This document shows positions 37,964 to 47,700 of a DNA stretch of 64,000 bases, one piece after another; positions within the stretch are counted from its first letter, which is position 1, and the number at the start of each line of letters is the position of its first letter. Origin of the DNA: Pseudomonadota bacterium (GTDB taxonomy: Bacteria > Myxococcota > JACRCW01 > JAFGSX01); contig JBDRCO010000072.1 of assembly GCA_043821645.1 (NCBI GenBank), positions 64,001 to 128,000 on the forward strand, given 5' to 3'. The notes below the pieces were generated by a model that saw only the letters and a list, made by a program, of their open reading frames with translations, did no database searches and was not told where the DNA came from. A program made the translations under genes and the position numbers.

Positions 37964-39169
37964 GTGCTCGCTTGCTCCAGCATCCTGCTTGCTGCTCATC
38001 TGGCCCTGGCCAGCGCTCCCCGCGCGGCCATCCTGTCCCTCGACGACGGGGAGCAGGTCCCGGCGCAGCAGGCAGCCATCGAGGCGAGCCTGGCGGTCCG
38101 CGGCTACAGCAGCATCGACAGTGTGGATGCCCGCAGGTTGCTCGGCGACGAGCCTCCCGAGCAGGATGCCCAGGCGCTGGCCATCGAGGCCAAGAAAGCC
38201 TTTGGCGACTTCGATAGCACCACCGCACGCGAACGTCTGCGACAGGCCCAGGACATTCTGTTTGAATCGCCACGCATCCTTTCCGAGCGCACGCTGCTGG
38301 CGGACCTGCACCTGCTCGAGGGCCAGATCGCGCTCAGCGCGGGGCAGCACGACGAGGCCCTGCAGGCCCTGGCCCGCGCGGCACTGCTCGAGCCGGACAG
38401 GACCCTGCACCCCGGGCTGTATCCGCCGGACCTCATCGAGTCCTACACCGAGGCCCAGGATTGGCTGAAGACCCAGGCCCAGGGCGCACTGGTGGTGACG
38501 ACCTGGCCGGAGCATGCGCATGTCTACGTCGACGGCGTGTTCCGCGGCGAGGCGCCGGCGGTGATCGAAGGTCTGCCCGCAGGCTGGCACTACGCCACAG
38601 CCGCCGTGGATGGTCGGGGCGCGCGCACGCGGCCTTTCCTCGTCGAGGGAGGGCGCTCCACACAGACCACGCTGTTCGTGCCGGATGAAGCGGTCCGGGA
38701 GCAGCTCCCTTCGCTGCTGCGACGCTACCGGGCCCAGCCGGACGATGCCGATGTCGCCGCCAGGTTGCTCACCGCGGTGGGTGCACAGCTCCTCGTCGCC
38801 ACGGGCACGAGCCACGACGCGGCGGCCCAGATTCTCGACGACGATCAGGCCGCGGTGGTCGTGGAGCCCGTCCTGGCGTCCACGATCGCCATCGAGGCGC
38901 GGGTCGACAAGCTCCTCGAAGCCCTCAGGAAAAAGCGCCCGGCCTCGCTGCCCGGCGTGGGCACCACAGCCACCTCGGACAGTCCACCGGCCTCGCTCGA
39001 CCCGTCCGGCGATGGGGCTCCCTCACCCTGGCCCTGGATTGCCGCCGGGGCCGCAGGCCTGGTACTCGCAGGTGGAGTCACCGCCGCCATCGCCATCGCC
39101 ATCGCCCTGGGGCAGCCCGAGGAGCCGGAGGATCGCGTCGATATCTACCTCGGGGGGCCCAGCCTGTGA
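37964..39169 (+). CDS. Exported PEGA domain protein with C-terminal TM
   Basis: Signal peptide, TWPEHAHVYVDG...GLPAGWH, PWPWIAAG TM. Start approximate. Confidence 0.78.
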   Translation: MLACSSILLAAHLALASAPRAAILSLDDGEQVPAQQAAIEASLAVRGYSSIDSVDARRLLGDEPPEQDAQALAIEAKKAFGDFDSTTARERLRQAQDILFESPRILSERTLLADLHLLEGQIALSAGQHDEALQALARAALLEPDRTLHPGLYPPDLIESYTEAQDWLKTQAQGALVVTTWPEHAHVYVDGVFRGEAPAVIEGLPAGWHYATAAVDGRGARTRPFLVEGGRSTQTTLFVPDEAVREQLPSLLRRYRAQPDDADVAARLLTAVGAQLLVATGTSHDAAAQILDDDQAAVVVEPVLASTIAIEARVDKLLEALRKKRPASLPGVGTTATSDSPPASLDPSGDGAPSPWPWIAAGAAGLVLAGGVTAAIAIAIALGQPEEPEDRVDIYLGGPSL

Positions 39170-40059
39170 TGCGGCTGCGCTCAGTTGCGCCGTGCGCGAG
39201 CGTCCTGGCCCTGGCCTGGATCCTCGGTGCATGCCCCAAGCCAGTGCCACCGCCAGTGCGCACCGTGTCCATCAAGCCGTACTTCAAACCGTCGTGCGAC
39301 TCGATCTGTGTCAGCACCTGTCTGGCCTGCGTCGACACCCTGCAGGTGTTCGCCATCGATGCCACGGGCCAGCGCCTGGTCGAGCGCTGTCTGGACGTCA
39401 CCGGACGCTGGGAAACCCTGTGCGACCTGGCCACCGGCAGTGCCCAGCGATTGCTCGAAGAAGTCCCGACGAAAGAACCGGTGGTGCTCGAACTGCGGGC
39501 CTACCGTCGCCGCGACGCCTGGCGCCCGGATGCCGGTGTCGACGGAGGCAGCCTGTGCCAGGTGCTGCCGCGCAGCCGTGCGTGGAGCTGCGATGTCCAC
39601 CAGAGCGACCTGATGCTGTGGGGCCGCGCGCGGCCCACGGATCTGAGCGCGGATGGGGGTCAGAGCAGCATCCTGGTCGAGTTCGAATGTCGCGCGGGCT
39701 GTGACTGCGTGGACATCGCAGCCCGCAAGCCGAGCTGCCCCGACGATCTGCCCGAGAGTGCGTGCGTCCCCGGCGATAGTTGCAGGCTGGGCTGCATCGA
39801 TCAGACGGGCTGTTTCGAGGGTGCCCTGCGCTGCGACGTCGACGCCGGGCACTGTGACCCCGAATCTGCCGTCGGCTCGGCCACCCTCCCTTTCTGTGCG
39901 TCCTGCCAGCGTGCCAGCGACTGCCAGGACAGGTTGTGCATTGGCCGCCCGGGCCAGGATGGGGGCTTCTGCGCGCGCTCCTGCCCAGACCTGTCCTGTC
40001 CGCGCGGGGCGAAGTGCACAGCCATCGGCAATGACGGCGGATACAGCACCCTGCCCTGA
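39166..40059 (+). CDS. Cys-rich lipoprotein
   Basis: Lipobox LGAC, many Cys, overlap with the upstream stop. Confidence 0.72.
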   Translation: MMRLRSVAPCASVLALAWILGACPKPVPPPVRTVSIKPYFKPSCDSICVSTCLACVDTLQVFAIDATGQRLVERCLDVTGRWETLCDLATGSAQRLLEEVPTKEPVVLELRAYRRRDAWRPDAGVDGGSLCQVLPRSRAWSCDVHQSDLMLWGRARPTDLSADGGQSSILVEFECRAGCDCVDIAARKPSCPDDLPESACVPGDSCRLGCIDQTGCFEGALRCDVDAGHCDPESAVGSATLPFCASCQRASDCQDRLCIGRPGQDGGFCARSCPDLSCPRGAKCTAIGNDGGYSTLP

Positions 40060-40090
40060 ACCTGCGGCGGCCCCACGACGACGGGTGCGC

Positions 40091-40942
40091 TCAGGCCAGA
40101 GCCACGGCCTCGGCCACCACCACCTGCCCGCGGTCCTCCCGCACCCTGCAGGCCGCCACCACCGGGTCGTGCTCGAAGACCAGGATCCAGTTGTCCTCGA
40201 CCGCCTGGGCCAGGATGGCTTTCTTCTCCTCGATGGTGGTCAGGGGATACAGGTCATAGCCCATGACCCACGGGATGCGCAGATGGGCTGTGGTCGGGAT
40301 CACGTCGCCACAATACAGCAGGGTCTCGCCGCCACCCCGAACCCGTACCAGCTGCTGACCCACGCTGTGTCCCTCGCTGACCAGCACCTCGACACCGTCG
40401 AAGATCTCGGTATCTCCGTCGAGCAGGTGCAGCCGGCCGCTGCGCGCGAGCAGGGTCACCTCGTCGAGCTTGAACGAACCGCGATCCTTCTCACTGGCGT
40501 GCTCTGCCCACTTGAAGTGCCGGCGCTGCAGGTGGTGGGTCGCCTCGGAAAATGTCGGCACGAGGGTGCCCGCGCCATCCCGGCGCACGATGCCTCCGGC
40601 ATGATCGAAATGCAGGTGGGTCAAGATCACATCCGTGACCTCGTCCGGCGCGACGCCGATGCGCTGCAGGGCGCCCAGGACACCTCCAGCCACGGGAGCC
40701 AGGTCGTAGATATCCTGCTCGCGCTCGCTCCAGTTCTCGCCGGCGCCGGTGTCGACCAGGACCAGCCGACCGGCCACCCGCAGCAACAGGCAGCGCAGTG
40801 CCAGCGGGATGCGATTGCGCACATCCGCAGCGATCTGCTTCTCCCACAGCGGCTTGGGAACGACGCCAAACATGGCGCCACCGTCGAGCGCGAAGCGTCC
40901 CATCTCGATCGTTCGAACCTCGATCTCGCCCAGCTGTCGCAT
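40091..40942 (-). CDS. Metallo-beta-lactamase-fold hydrolase (YtnP-like)
   Basis: LDGGAMFGVVPKPLW, THLHFDHAGG, GHS, WVMGYDLYP, FEHDP. Confidence 0.92.
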   Translation of the reverse strand: MRQLGEIEVRTIEMGRFALDGGAMFGVVPKPLWEKQIAADVRNRIPLALRCLLLRVAGRLVLVDTGAGENWSEREQDIYDLAPVAGGVLGALQRIGVAPDEVTDVILTHLHFDHAGGIVRRDGAGTLVPTFSEATHHLQRRHFKWAEHASEKDRGSFKLDEVTLLARSGRLHLLDGDTEIFDGVEVLVSEGHSVGQQLVRVRGGGETLLYCGDVIPTTAHLRIPWVMGYDLYPLTTIEEKKAILAQAVEDNWILVFEHDPVVAACRVREDRGQVVVAEAVALA

Positions 40943-41099
40943 CCTCGAACCTCGCACCTCAGACGTCCTGGTCGACCCCCTGGCACCTCGTCAATTCTGG
41001 GCCGTTCTCGCTCGAGCTGCAACGCTGGCGCTCGCGGGCACCGACGCCAGCGGCTTTCCTTGCACGCGGCCGCCGGAACGCGATACCACAGGAAAGGTG

Positions 41100-42980
41100 A
41101 TGCCACGCCAGCGCCACAGATGCGTGTTTTCGCGATACCGGACCAGGGCCGGTGCACTGTTCCTGTGCCTGACCCTGGCGTGTGAGCACACACCAATCAA
41201 ACCGGACGAGACCAGCACCTTGACCCGGAGGTCGGCAAAGGACACGTCCCTGGCGACGCTGCCTGCCGACGAGGTTCGATTCATCTCCTCCGAGGCTTAC
41301 TACCACTTCTTGCAGGGACAGCTTGCGGCCGATGCTGGGCAGTGTGAGCGCGCGATCGAGCATTATCGAGAGGCCCTGTCCTTCGATCCGGACTCGGCAC
41401 ACCTGCACGTGCTCTGTGGCCGCTGCCTGCTTCGACTCGGACGCCTGGACGACAGCCTGCGCGAGGCCAGACGCGCCGTGGCACTCGATCCGTCGGGTGC
41501 CGATGCCTCCCTGCTGCTGGCCCGCGGCCTGATGCTCGCGCGGGATCTGCCGCAGGCCGCGCAGGTGCTCAAACGCGCCGCCGAGGCACACCCGGAGACC
41601 ACGAGTCTCGTCGAACTGCAGGCGGAGATTGCCCTGGACCGGGGTCAGGACGAGTACGCGCTGCAGCTGATGCAGCGGCTCGCGACCCACGACCCCTCGG
41701 ATCCGCGCCCAACCCTTGCTCTCGGCTTGTTGTTGCTGCGCCAGACCCGCTGGGAACTCGCGGCCCAGGCCCTGGAGCAGACACTGCAACGCGACCCCGA
41801 TTCCCTCGACGCCATGGACGCCCTGACCCGAGCCTACGAGCACCTGGACCGCCGCGAAGACGCCGCACGGGTGGCTGCACGCCGTCTCGATCTGACCCCG
41901 GACGACCGGGATGCCATCTATTCCTTCATGCGCCTGCAGGCGCGGACAGGTCAGCTGGGTCCCGCACAGGTGCTGATGCAGCGCTGGCACGACGAGGAAG
42001 GGAGCGCGGAGCTTTGGGTGGCGGCGGCCCAGGGACTGGCGGACGGAGGCGCCGACGCCAGCGCGGTCACGGTTCTCGACGAGATCCTGGCACGCGAACC
42101 GGATCTGGACCTGGCCCTGTTTACCGCAGGAAGCCTGCATGCGCGACACGGCCGCCTGAAACGCGCCGATACCCTCCTGCGCCGCCTCGAGCCCGGTTCT
42201 CCACTCTTCTCCGAAGCGCAGGTCGAGCGCAGTCGCGTGCTGTGGCGCATGGGACGCCTCCGGGAATCGCGGGAGGTCCTGGAGCAAGCCCGCACCAGCG
42301 TCCCCGACAGCCTCGAGATAAGCCTGGCTCTCGCCGATGTCCTCGCCCGCCAGCAACAGTACGAGAGGGCCTTCGCCATTCTCGAAGAGCTCCCCGTGCC
42401 CGCCCTGGGCCGCGAACTGGTCGTGGCGGCGCGCTCGCAGCTGCTGGCCGAGATGGGTCGTGCCGACGAGAGCGTGCAGGTTGTGTCTGACCTGGTGGCC
42501 CTGCGCCCCGACGATGCCGACCTGCTGGTGCTGCTGGCCATCGCCTACGAGCGCGCCGGACGAAAAGCCGAGAGCGAGGGTGCGGCGCGCCAGGCCCTCA
42601 CTGCCATGCCGGACCATGTGGCCGCCCAGAACTTCCTGGCCTACACCCTGGCTCAGCACGGGGACAGGCTGGACGAGGCCGTAGAACTCGCCCGGAGGGC
42701 GGTGTCGACCAGTCCAGACGACGGCTACATCGTCGACACTCTGGGTTTCGTGCTGCTGCAGCAGGGAAGCGTGGCTGAGGCCAGACAGGTCTTGCTCAGG
42801 GCAAATGAACTCAGCCCCGACGAGCCAGAGATCCTCCTGCACCTGGGAGATACGGAGCGCGCTCTGGGTCAACACCACAGCGCCCTGAAACGCTACCGCC
42901 GCGCACTCCAGCTGAGCCCGCGCGAGCGAAGCGTCCGCGAGGCGGTGCAGGAGCGCTTGACCCGAGGAGGCTCGAGGTGA
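41100..42980 (+). CDS. Tetratricopeptide repeat lipoprotein
   Basis: Lipobox TLAC, multiple TPRs, C-terminal NFLAYTLA...YIVDTLGFV...EILLHLGD. Confidence 0.88.
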   Translation: MPRQRHRCVFSRYRTRAGALFLCLTLACEHTPIKPDETSTLTRRSAKDTSLATLPADEVRFISSEAYYHFLQGQLAADAGQCERAIEHYREALSFDPDSAHLHVLCGRCLLRLGRLDDSLREARRAVALDPSGADASLLLARGLMLARDLPQAAQVLKRAAEAHPETTSLVELQAEIALDRGQDEYALQLMQRLATHDPSDPRPTLALGLLLLRQTRWELAAQALEQTLQRDPDSLDAMDALTRAYEHLDRREDAARVAARRLDLTPDDRDAIYSFMRLQARTGQLGPAQVLMQRWHDEEGSAELWVAAAQGLADGGADASAVTVLDEILAREPDLDLALFTAGSLHARHGRLKRADTLLRRLEPGSPLFSEAQVERSRVLWRMGRLRESREVLEQARTSVPDSLEISLALADVLARQQQYERAFAILEELPVPALGRELVVAARSQLLAEMGRADESVQVVSDLVALRPDDADLLVLLAIAYERAGRKAESEGAARQALTAMPDHVAAQNFLAYTLAQHGDRLDEAVELARRAVSTSPDDGYIVDTLGFVLLQQGSVAEARQVLLRANELSPDEPEILLHLGDTERALGQHHSALKRYRRALQLSPRERSVREAVQERLTRGGSR

Positions 42981-43795
42981 CCCGGCACACTGTGCGTCGT
43001 CGGTTTCCAGCACCGCTGACCTTTGCTGTCGCGCTTGGTGTGCTCACCACGTCGGGGTGTCCGCACCCTGCCTCTCCCATCCCGCGCCTGGCCGGCGTCG
43101 AGCCGGCGGATCTGCTCGCGCGTCTGCAGGTCGCGTGGGATAAACCTCGCCAGGCGGTGGGCCTGGTCCTGCTGGAGTATCTGGCGAGCGACGGCTTTTT
43201 TCGCGGCGAGGCTGACGTGGCTGTGCAACGGCCGCGGAACCTGCGCATCGAGCTGCGGTCCTTCTTCGGGCAGCCGGCCGGGGCGCTGGTTTGTGATGGG
43301 CGACGTTACACCTTCGTGGACAACACCAGGGCGATCAGCCAGTCCGGCCCGCTGGACGACCCGGCCCTGCGTGCCCTGCTCCCCCTAGGGCTCGACGCCA
43401 CGACGACGGTCTCGCTGCTCCTCGGAGGGCTCCCCGCCCTCGGACCCGGCTCCACCTCCTACATCAAACCGCAACGACCTCCACACCTGGCGCTGCGGCA
43501 CGACGACGAGGCAGGGCGCTGGCTGCTCGAGCTCGACGACAGGGCCGAGCGTCTGCTCCAGGTCGAGCACCAGGACAGCCGGGGCGATCTGCGCTTCCGG
43601 GCGCGCTTTGACGGCGCCGACTCCAGAGGCACCGTACGCTTCTCGCGCAAGGGTGAGGTCGAGGTGCGCGGGCGTGCAGGTGCCGTGAGCTGGGCTTGGA
43701 AGGACGTCGAGCTGGACGGTGAGGCCTTGCCGGCCGAGGCCTGGCAACTCAATCTACCAGGCAGCAGTTCCGACGACGACCAGAGCGAGGATTGA
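42977..43795 (+). CDS. Lipoprotein, LolA/LolB-like fold (DUF4292-like)
   Basis: Lipobox TSGC, RPRNLRIELRSFFGQP, GTGA coupling to the TPR gene. Confidence 0.65.
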   Translation: MTRHTVRRRFPAPLTFAVALGVLTTSGCPHPASPIPRLAGVEPADLLARLQVAWDKPRQAVGLVLLEYLASDGFFRGEADVAVQRPRNLRIELRSFFGQPAGALVCDGRRYTFVDNTRAISQSGPLDDPALRALLPLGLDATTTVSLLLGGLPALGPGSTSYIKPQRPPHLALRHDDEAGRWLLELDDRAERLLQVEHQDSRGDLRFRARFDGADSRGTVRFSRKGEVEVRGRAGAVSWAWKDVELDGEALPAEAWQLNLPGSSSDDDQSED

Positions 43796-43805
43796 AGCCG
43801 TCGTC

Positions 43806-43835
43806 TTGCGACGAATTTTGCCCAGGTGCTAGCAT
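43806..43835 (+). promoter_or_regulatory. Putative sigma70 promoter of the MshEN genes
   Basis: TTGCGA-N18-TAGCAT with an extended TG. Confidence 0.45.
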
Positions 43836-43899
43836 GCGGTAGTCTGGTGTTCACACCTCGAGGTGCCGTGCGGGGACGGCACCAGGTATAGGTTTGTCG

Positions 43900-44673
43900 A
43901 TGGATCGACGCATCCGGTTGGGCGAATTACTGCTGCGTGCGGGGCTGATCACCGAGATGCAGCTCAAGGCCGCCCTCGCGGAGCAGAAGAAGTGGGGAGG
44001 ACGGCTGGGCACTATCCTCGTCAACATGAATTTCATCTCAGAGGATATCCTGGTCAAGGGCCTGGCACGCTTGCTCGAAGTGCCCCGGGCGGACTTCGAG
44101 AACATGAACGTGCCCGACGTGGTCCTGCAGCGCTTCGACCCCACCGACTGCCAGACCCGTGGCTACCTCCCGGTGCAGTACAGCCACGCAGAGAAGAAGC
44201 TCACCGTGGCATTCGTCGACGTCAACGATCTCGCCCTCGTCGACGAGCTGCGGTTCAAGCACGGCCTCAACATTCAGCCCGCCATCACCGGCGAGCACGC
44301 CCTGCAGGCCTCGTTGCGCAGTCTTTTTTACAGCGAGGCGCTGGACGCGAGTGTCACCGGCCAGGAGCCTGGGCTCAAGCTCATCGACAGTCGCGGCGGG
44401 ACCCTGGTCAAGAACCGCGCGGAGATCTTTGGCAACGAGCCTCCGCCGGCGCCGGTGGCCACCACGGGGGTTGAGCGTGCACCCGCCGGTGTGGCCGCGG
44501 CCCTGCCGCCCCCCCCGGTGGGCGGGATCCCCGCAGGACTGCTCAACGAGCTCGAGATCGCGCAGCGGCGCCAGTCCAGAGCCATCAAGACCGTCCTGGA
44601 GCTCCTGATCGAGAAGGGAGTGATCTCTCGCGAGGAGTTCGTCGCCAGCGTCAACAAGCGCAGCGACAGTTAG
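43900..44673 (+). CDS. MshEN/T2SSE_N domain protein without ATPase domain
   Basis: RLGELLLRAGLITEMQLKAALAEQ-KKWGG-RLGTILV. No Walker motifs. Confidence 0.88.
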   Translation: MDRRIRLGELLLRAGLITEMQLKAALAEQKKWGGRLGTILVNMNFISEDILVKGLARLLEVPRADFENMNVPDVVLQRFDPTDCQTRGYLPVQYSHAEKKLTVAFVDVNDLALVDELRFKHGLNIQPAITGEHALQASLRSLFYSEALDASVTGQEPGLKLIDSRGGTLVKNRAEIFGNEPPPAPVATTGVERAPAGVAAALPPPPVGGIPAGLLNELEIAQRRQSRAIKTVLELLIEKGVISREEFVASVNKRSDS

Positions 44674-44728
44674 GAGACTCAAACGGGCCGCTCGTCGATG
44701 ACACGGCGGTGCGCACCCGGAGCGACTC

Positions 44729-47700
44729 ATGGCGCAGCGGAAACGTCTCGGCGACTACCTCATCGAGGCTGGCATCATCGACCAGTTCCAGCTGCAGTCT
44801 GCGCTGGGGCATCAGAGGCAGTGGGGTGGCAAGCTCGGCCGGATCCTGGTCGAGAATCGCTTCGTCAAGGAAGACGTGATGGTGCGCGCGCTGTCCGAGC
44901 TGCTCCGCATCGATGCCGTCGAACTCTCCTTGATGACCATCCACGCCCGGGTCATCGAGCTGGTGCCCGTGGACATGGCCGAGCGCTTCGGGCTGATCCC
45001 GGTGGCACTCAAGCGCGAGAAAGCAGGCGAGTTCGTCTACATCGCCATGAGCGATCCCACCAATCTCGAGGCCGTCGACGCCATCCAGTTCAAGACCGGC
45101 AAGAAGGTCAGGTCGATGATCGCGGGGGACAGCGCGATCGATCGCGCCATCCGCCACTACTATTACGGAGAGACCCCCCGCGAGACAGCCAGCACACCGG
45201 CCGGACAGGTCCAGTTCTCGGGCCGCGAGATCGCGCTGTCGCCTACCCATACGCCGCCTACCCAGGCAGCGGTGCAGGCCCCTGCGGCGGCGGGCCACCC
45301 GGCGCTCGTGGTCCCTCCTCCGGCGACCTCGCAAGGTGCCATGCCGACGCCCCCTGTTCATCCTTTCGCGGGGCAGCCCCAGCCAGCGCTCGCTCTCCCG
45401 GACGACGACGACGACATTCCTCTGATCACGGGCACTCCGGCGGGACCAGCGACGGCAGATGACTGGTTCTTGCCTGGTGCACCCGCTCCGGCACAGGCAC
45501 TCGCAACGGCTGTTTCAGCCCCACCTGTACCTGCGACGCCCGCAGTTCCCCCAGCGCTTCCCGTCGGGCCGGCCCCGCAGCAGCAGGCACCGGTGATCCT
45601 GGATGCGCGAGAATTGACGGCCGTGAATCCGCCCGAGGCGCCATTGCCGAACGCAGCGAGCGTGCTCTCTCCTTCTCAGGTGCCTCCCCCGACGCCAGTG
45701 TCGGCCTCCTCGAGTCTTTTTGGCCCGGCCGGGGGCCTCCTGGGGGGTGAGGATGCTGGACCGGGTTTGTCGGCGCCGCGGCAGGATGTGGCATTCGGAA
45801 CGCTGGAACTCCCGACACCGGGTGCTGGGACGGCTGCGACGAGACCGCCGGCGGCGAGGACTCCGCCTGTGCAACCCGCAACCGCAGGTCCGGCCCCTGC
45901 AGGTCTGGGGCACGTCGAACCGCCGGACGCTGCCGGCACTCCAGCGGTCCTGGACAGCAATCTTCTGCAACCCATCAAGGAACCTGCAGTCGCCAACGCT
46001 GTGCTGGGTGAGATGGAGTTTGCTGCCCCTGAAAGCCCGCCGAGCGCATCCACCGCACCGGGGCTGGAGCCTGGTGTGATCCCGGATCGATTCCCGGCGT
46101 CAGCGCCACTTCCGGAGCATCTTCTCGCCGCCTCGGGAATGGCATCCTTCGATCTGGGGCCCGGTGACGACGATCCGCTCGAATTGGACCTCCCGGGCAC
46201 ACCTGTCGCCACGCCGGGGCCTGCCACCTCCACCTTGACGGTGGCTCCGAACTATGAGGTTGACCTCGGACCCGAGTCCGCTGCGATTCCCCTCGACGAG
46301 GCGACATCTCCGGCCCCGCACTCCAGATCCCCTGTGTCCGACGACGGCAGTGCTGCGGCCATGCCCGGGGCGGTCCTCGCCGCGTCGGGACTGGCAGACT
46401 TCGAACTCGACGAGGATGGCAGCAGCATCGAGCTCGACTTCGACACCCCGACCCCAGACGACGCGCAGTCCGCGACCCCCGCGGATCCTCTGGCGAGCAT
46501 GCTTCCTGTACAGCACGCGAGCGATGAGCCCCTCGAGAGCCGCACCGAGCCCGAGAGCCCTGGGGTTGACGACAGCCTGAGTTTCGTCCCCCTCGCTCCT
46601 CCCCAGCGTGTCTCCGCCGCGGCCGCCCAAGCTGCGACCATCACCCCGAGTATACCGGTGCAGGAGAACTCCTCGGCCGCCGAGACAGAGGCAGCGGTCA
46701 CGGCGGACCCTGTCGACGTGCCGCCCCCGAGCGGCAGGGACCCGTCCGGGTTGGAGCTGGTCCCTCCGGTGTCCACGGCCTTCTCCTTCGAAGACCTGGA
46801 TCGGCCCCCCGCCGACGCGGTTCCCCTCGGCACCGGCCCCGACCTCGAGGTGGTTCAAGCCGAGGAGATTAAGCGGCTGGACGCTCCGAGCCACAGTCCT
46901 CAGCTGGAGACGATCCCAGCCCAGGCTGACGATTCACCGGACGCCTCTCTGCGGGAGAAGACAGAGACCCCAGCGGCGGTCGAAGATCCGCCCCTGCCAG
47001 ACCTCCCGATGGAGGTCTTCAGCGATGTCGTCGACGTGGACGCACCGCCAGTGCTGGTCACCCCTGCACGTCTGGCGGATCCCGCGGTCGAGACCCCAGC
47101 CCCGCCGCTGCCAGAGCGCACAACCGCTCCGGAGGTGGAAGGAGCACAGGCACCTCGACGCCCGCTGCCGCCAGACCCTGTGGCGGAGGCCTCGCTGGTC
47201 GCACTCGAGGACGGAGCCAGCGACGATCTCAGCGACCTCGACTTCTCGCTCGACATCGAGGACCCACCTCCACCCCTGGCTGCGCGTGTGCCGAAAGAGC
47301 TGCAGGCCACCGAGGAACCCGCGGTACACGAAGGGGCCGCGTCCTCCGAGCAAGCACCTCCACTCGAACTCAGCCCCACCACCCCGGCACTCATGACCGG
47401 GGGCAGCCCGGATATCGAACCGGGACAGGGCGTGAGCGACGATCTTTTGATCCCCGAAGTGCCTGCGCAGGACCTGGCCGAGGACACCGAGGACAGCACC
47501 GTCACCGATGGTGACGAACACGCGACGATGCACGATCCCGCGTCTGATACCCAGGCACCCCAGGAGCAAAGCCCGATGTCCGGCCTGGAGCGCACGATCG
47601 AAGACGCAGCGCCACAGGACACGGAACCAGCCAGCCCAGGCGTCTCCGCTCCACCCAGCGCACTCACTCCCGTCGACACCCAGACCATGGATCTGGCCCA

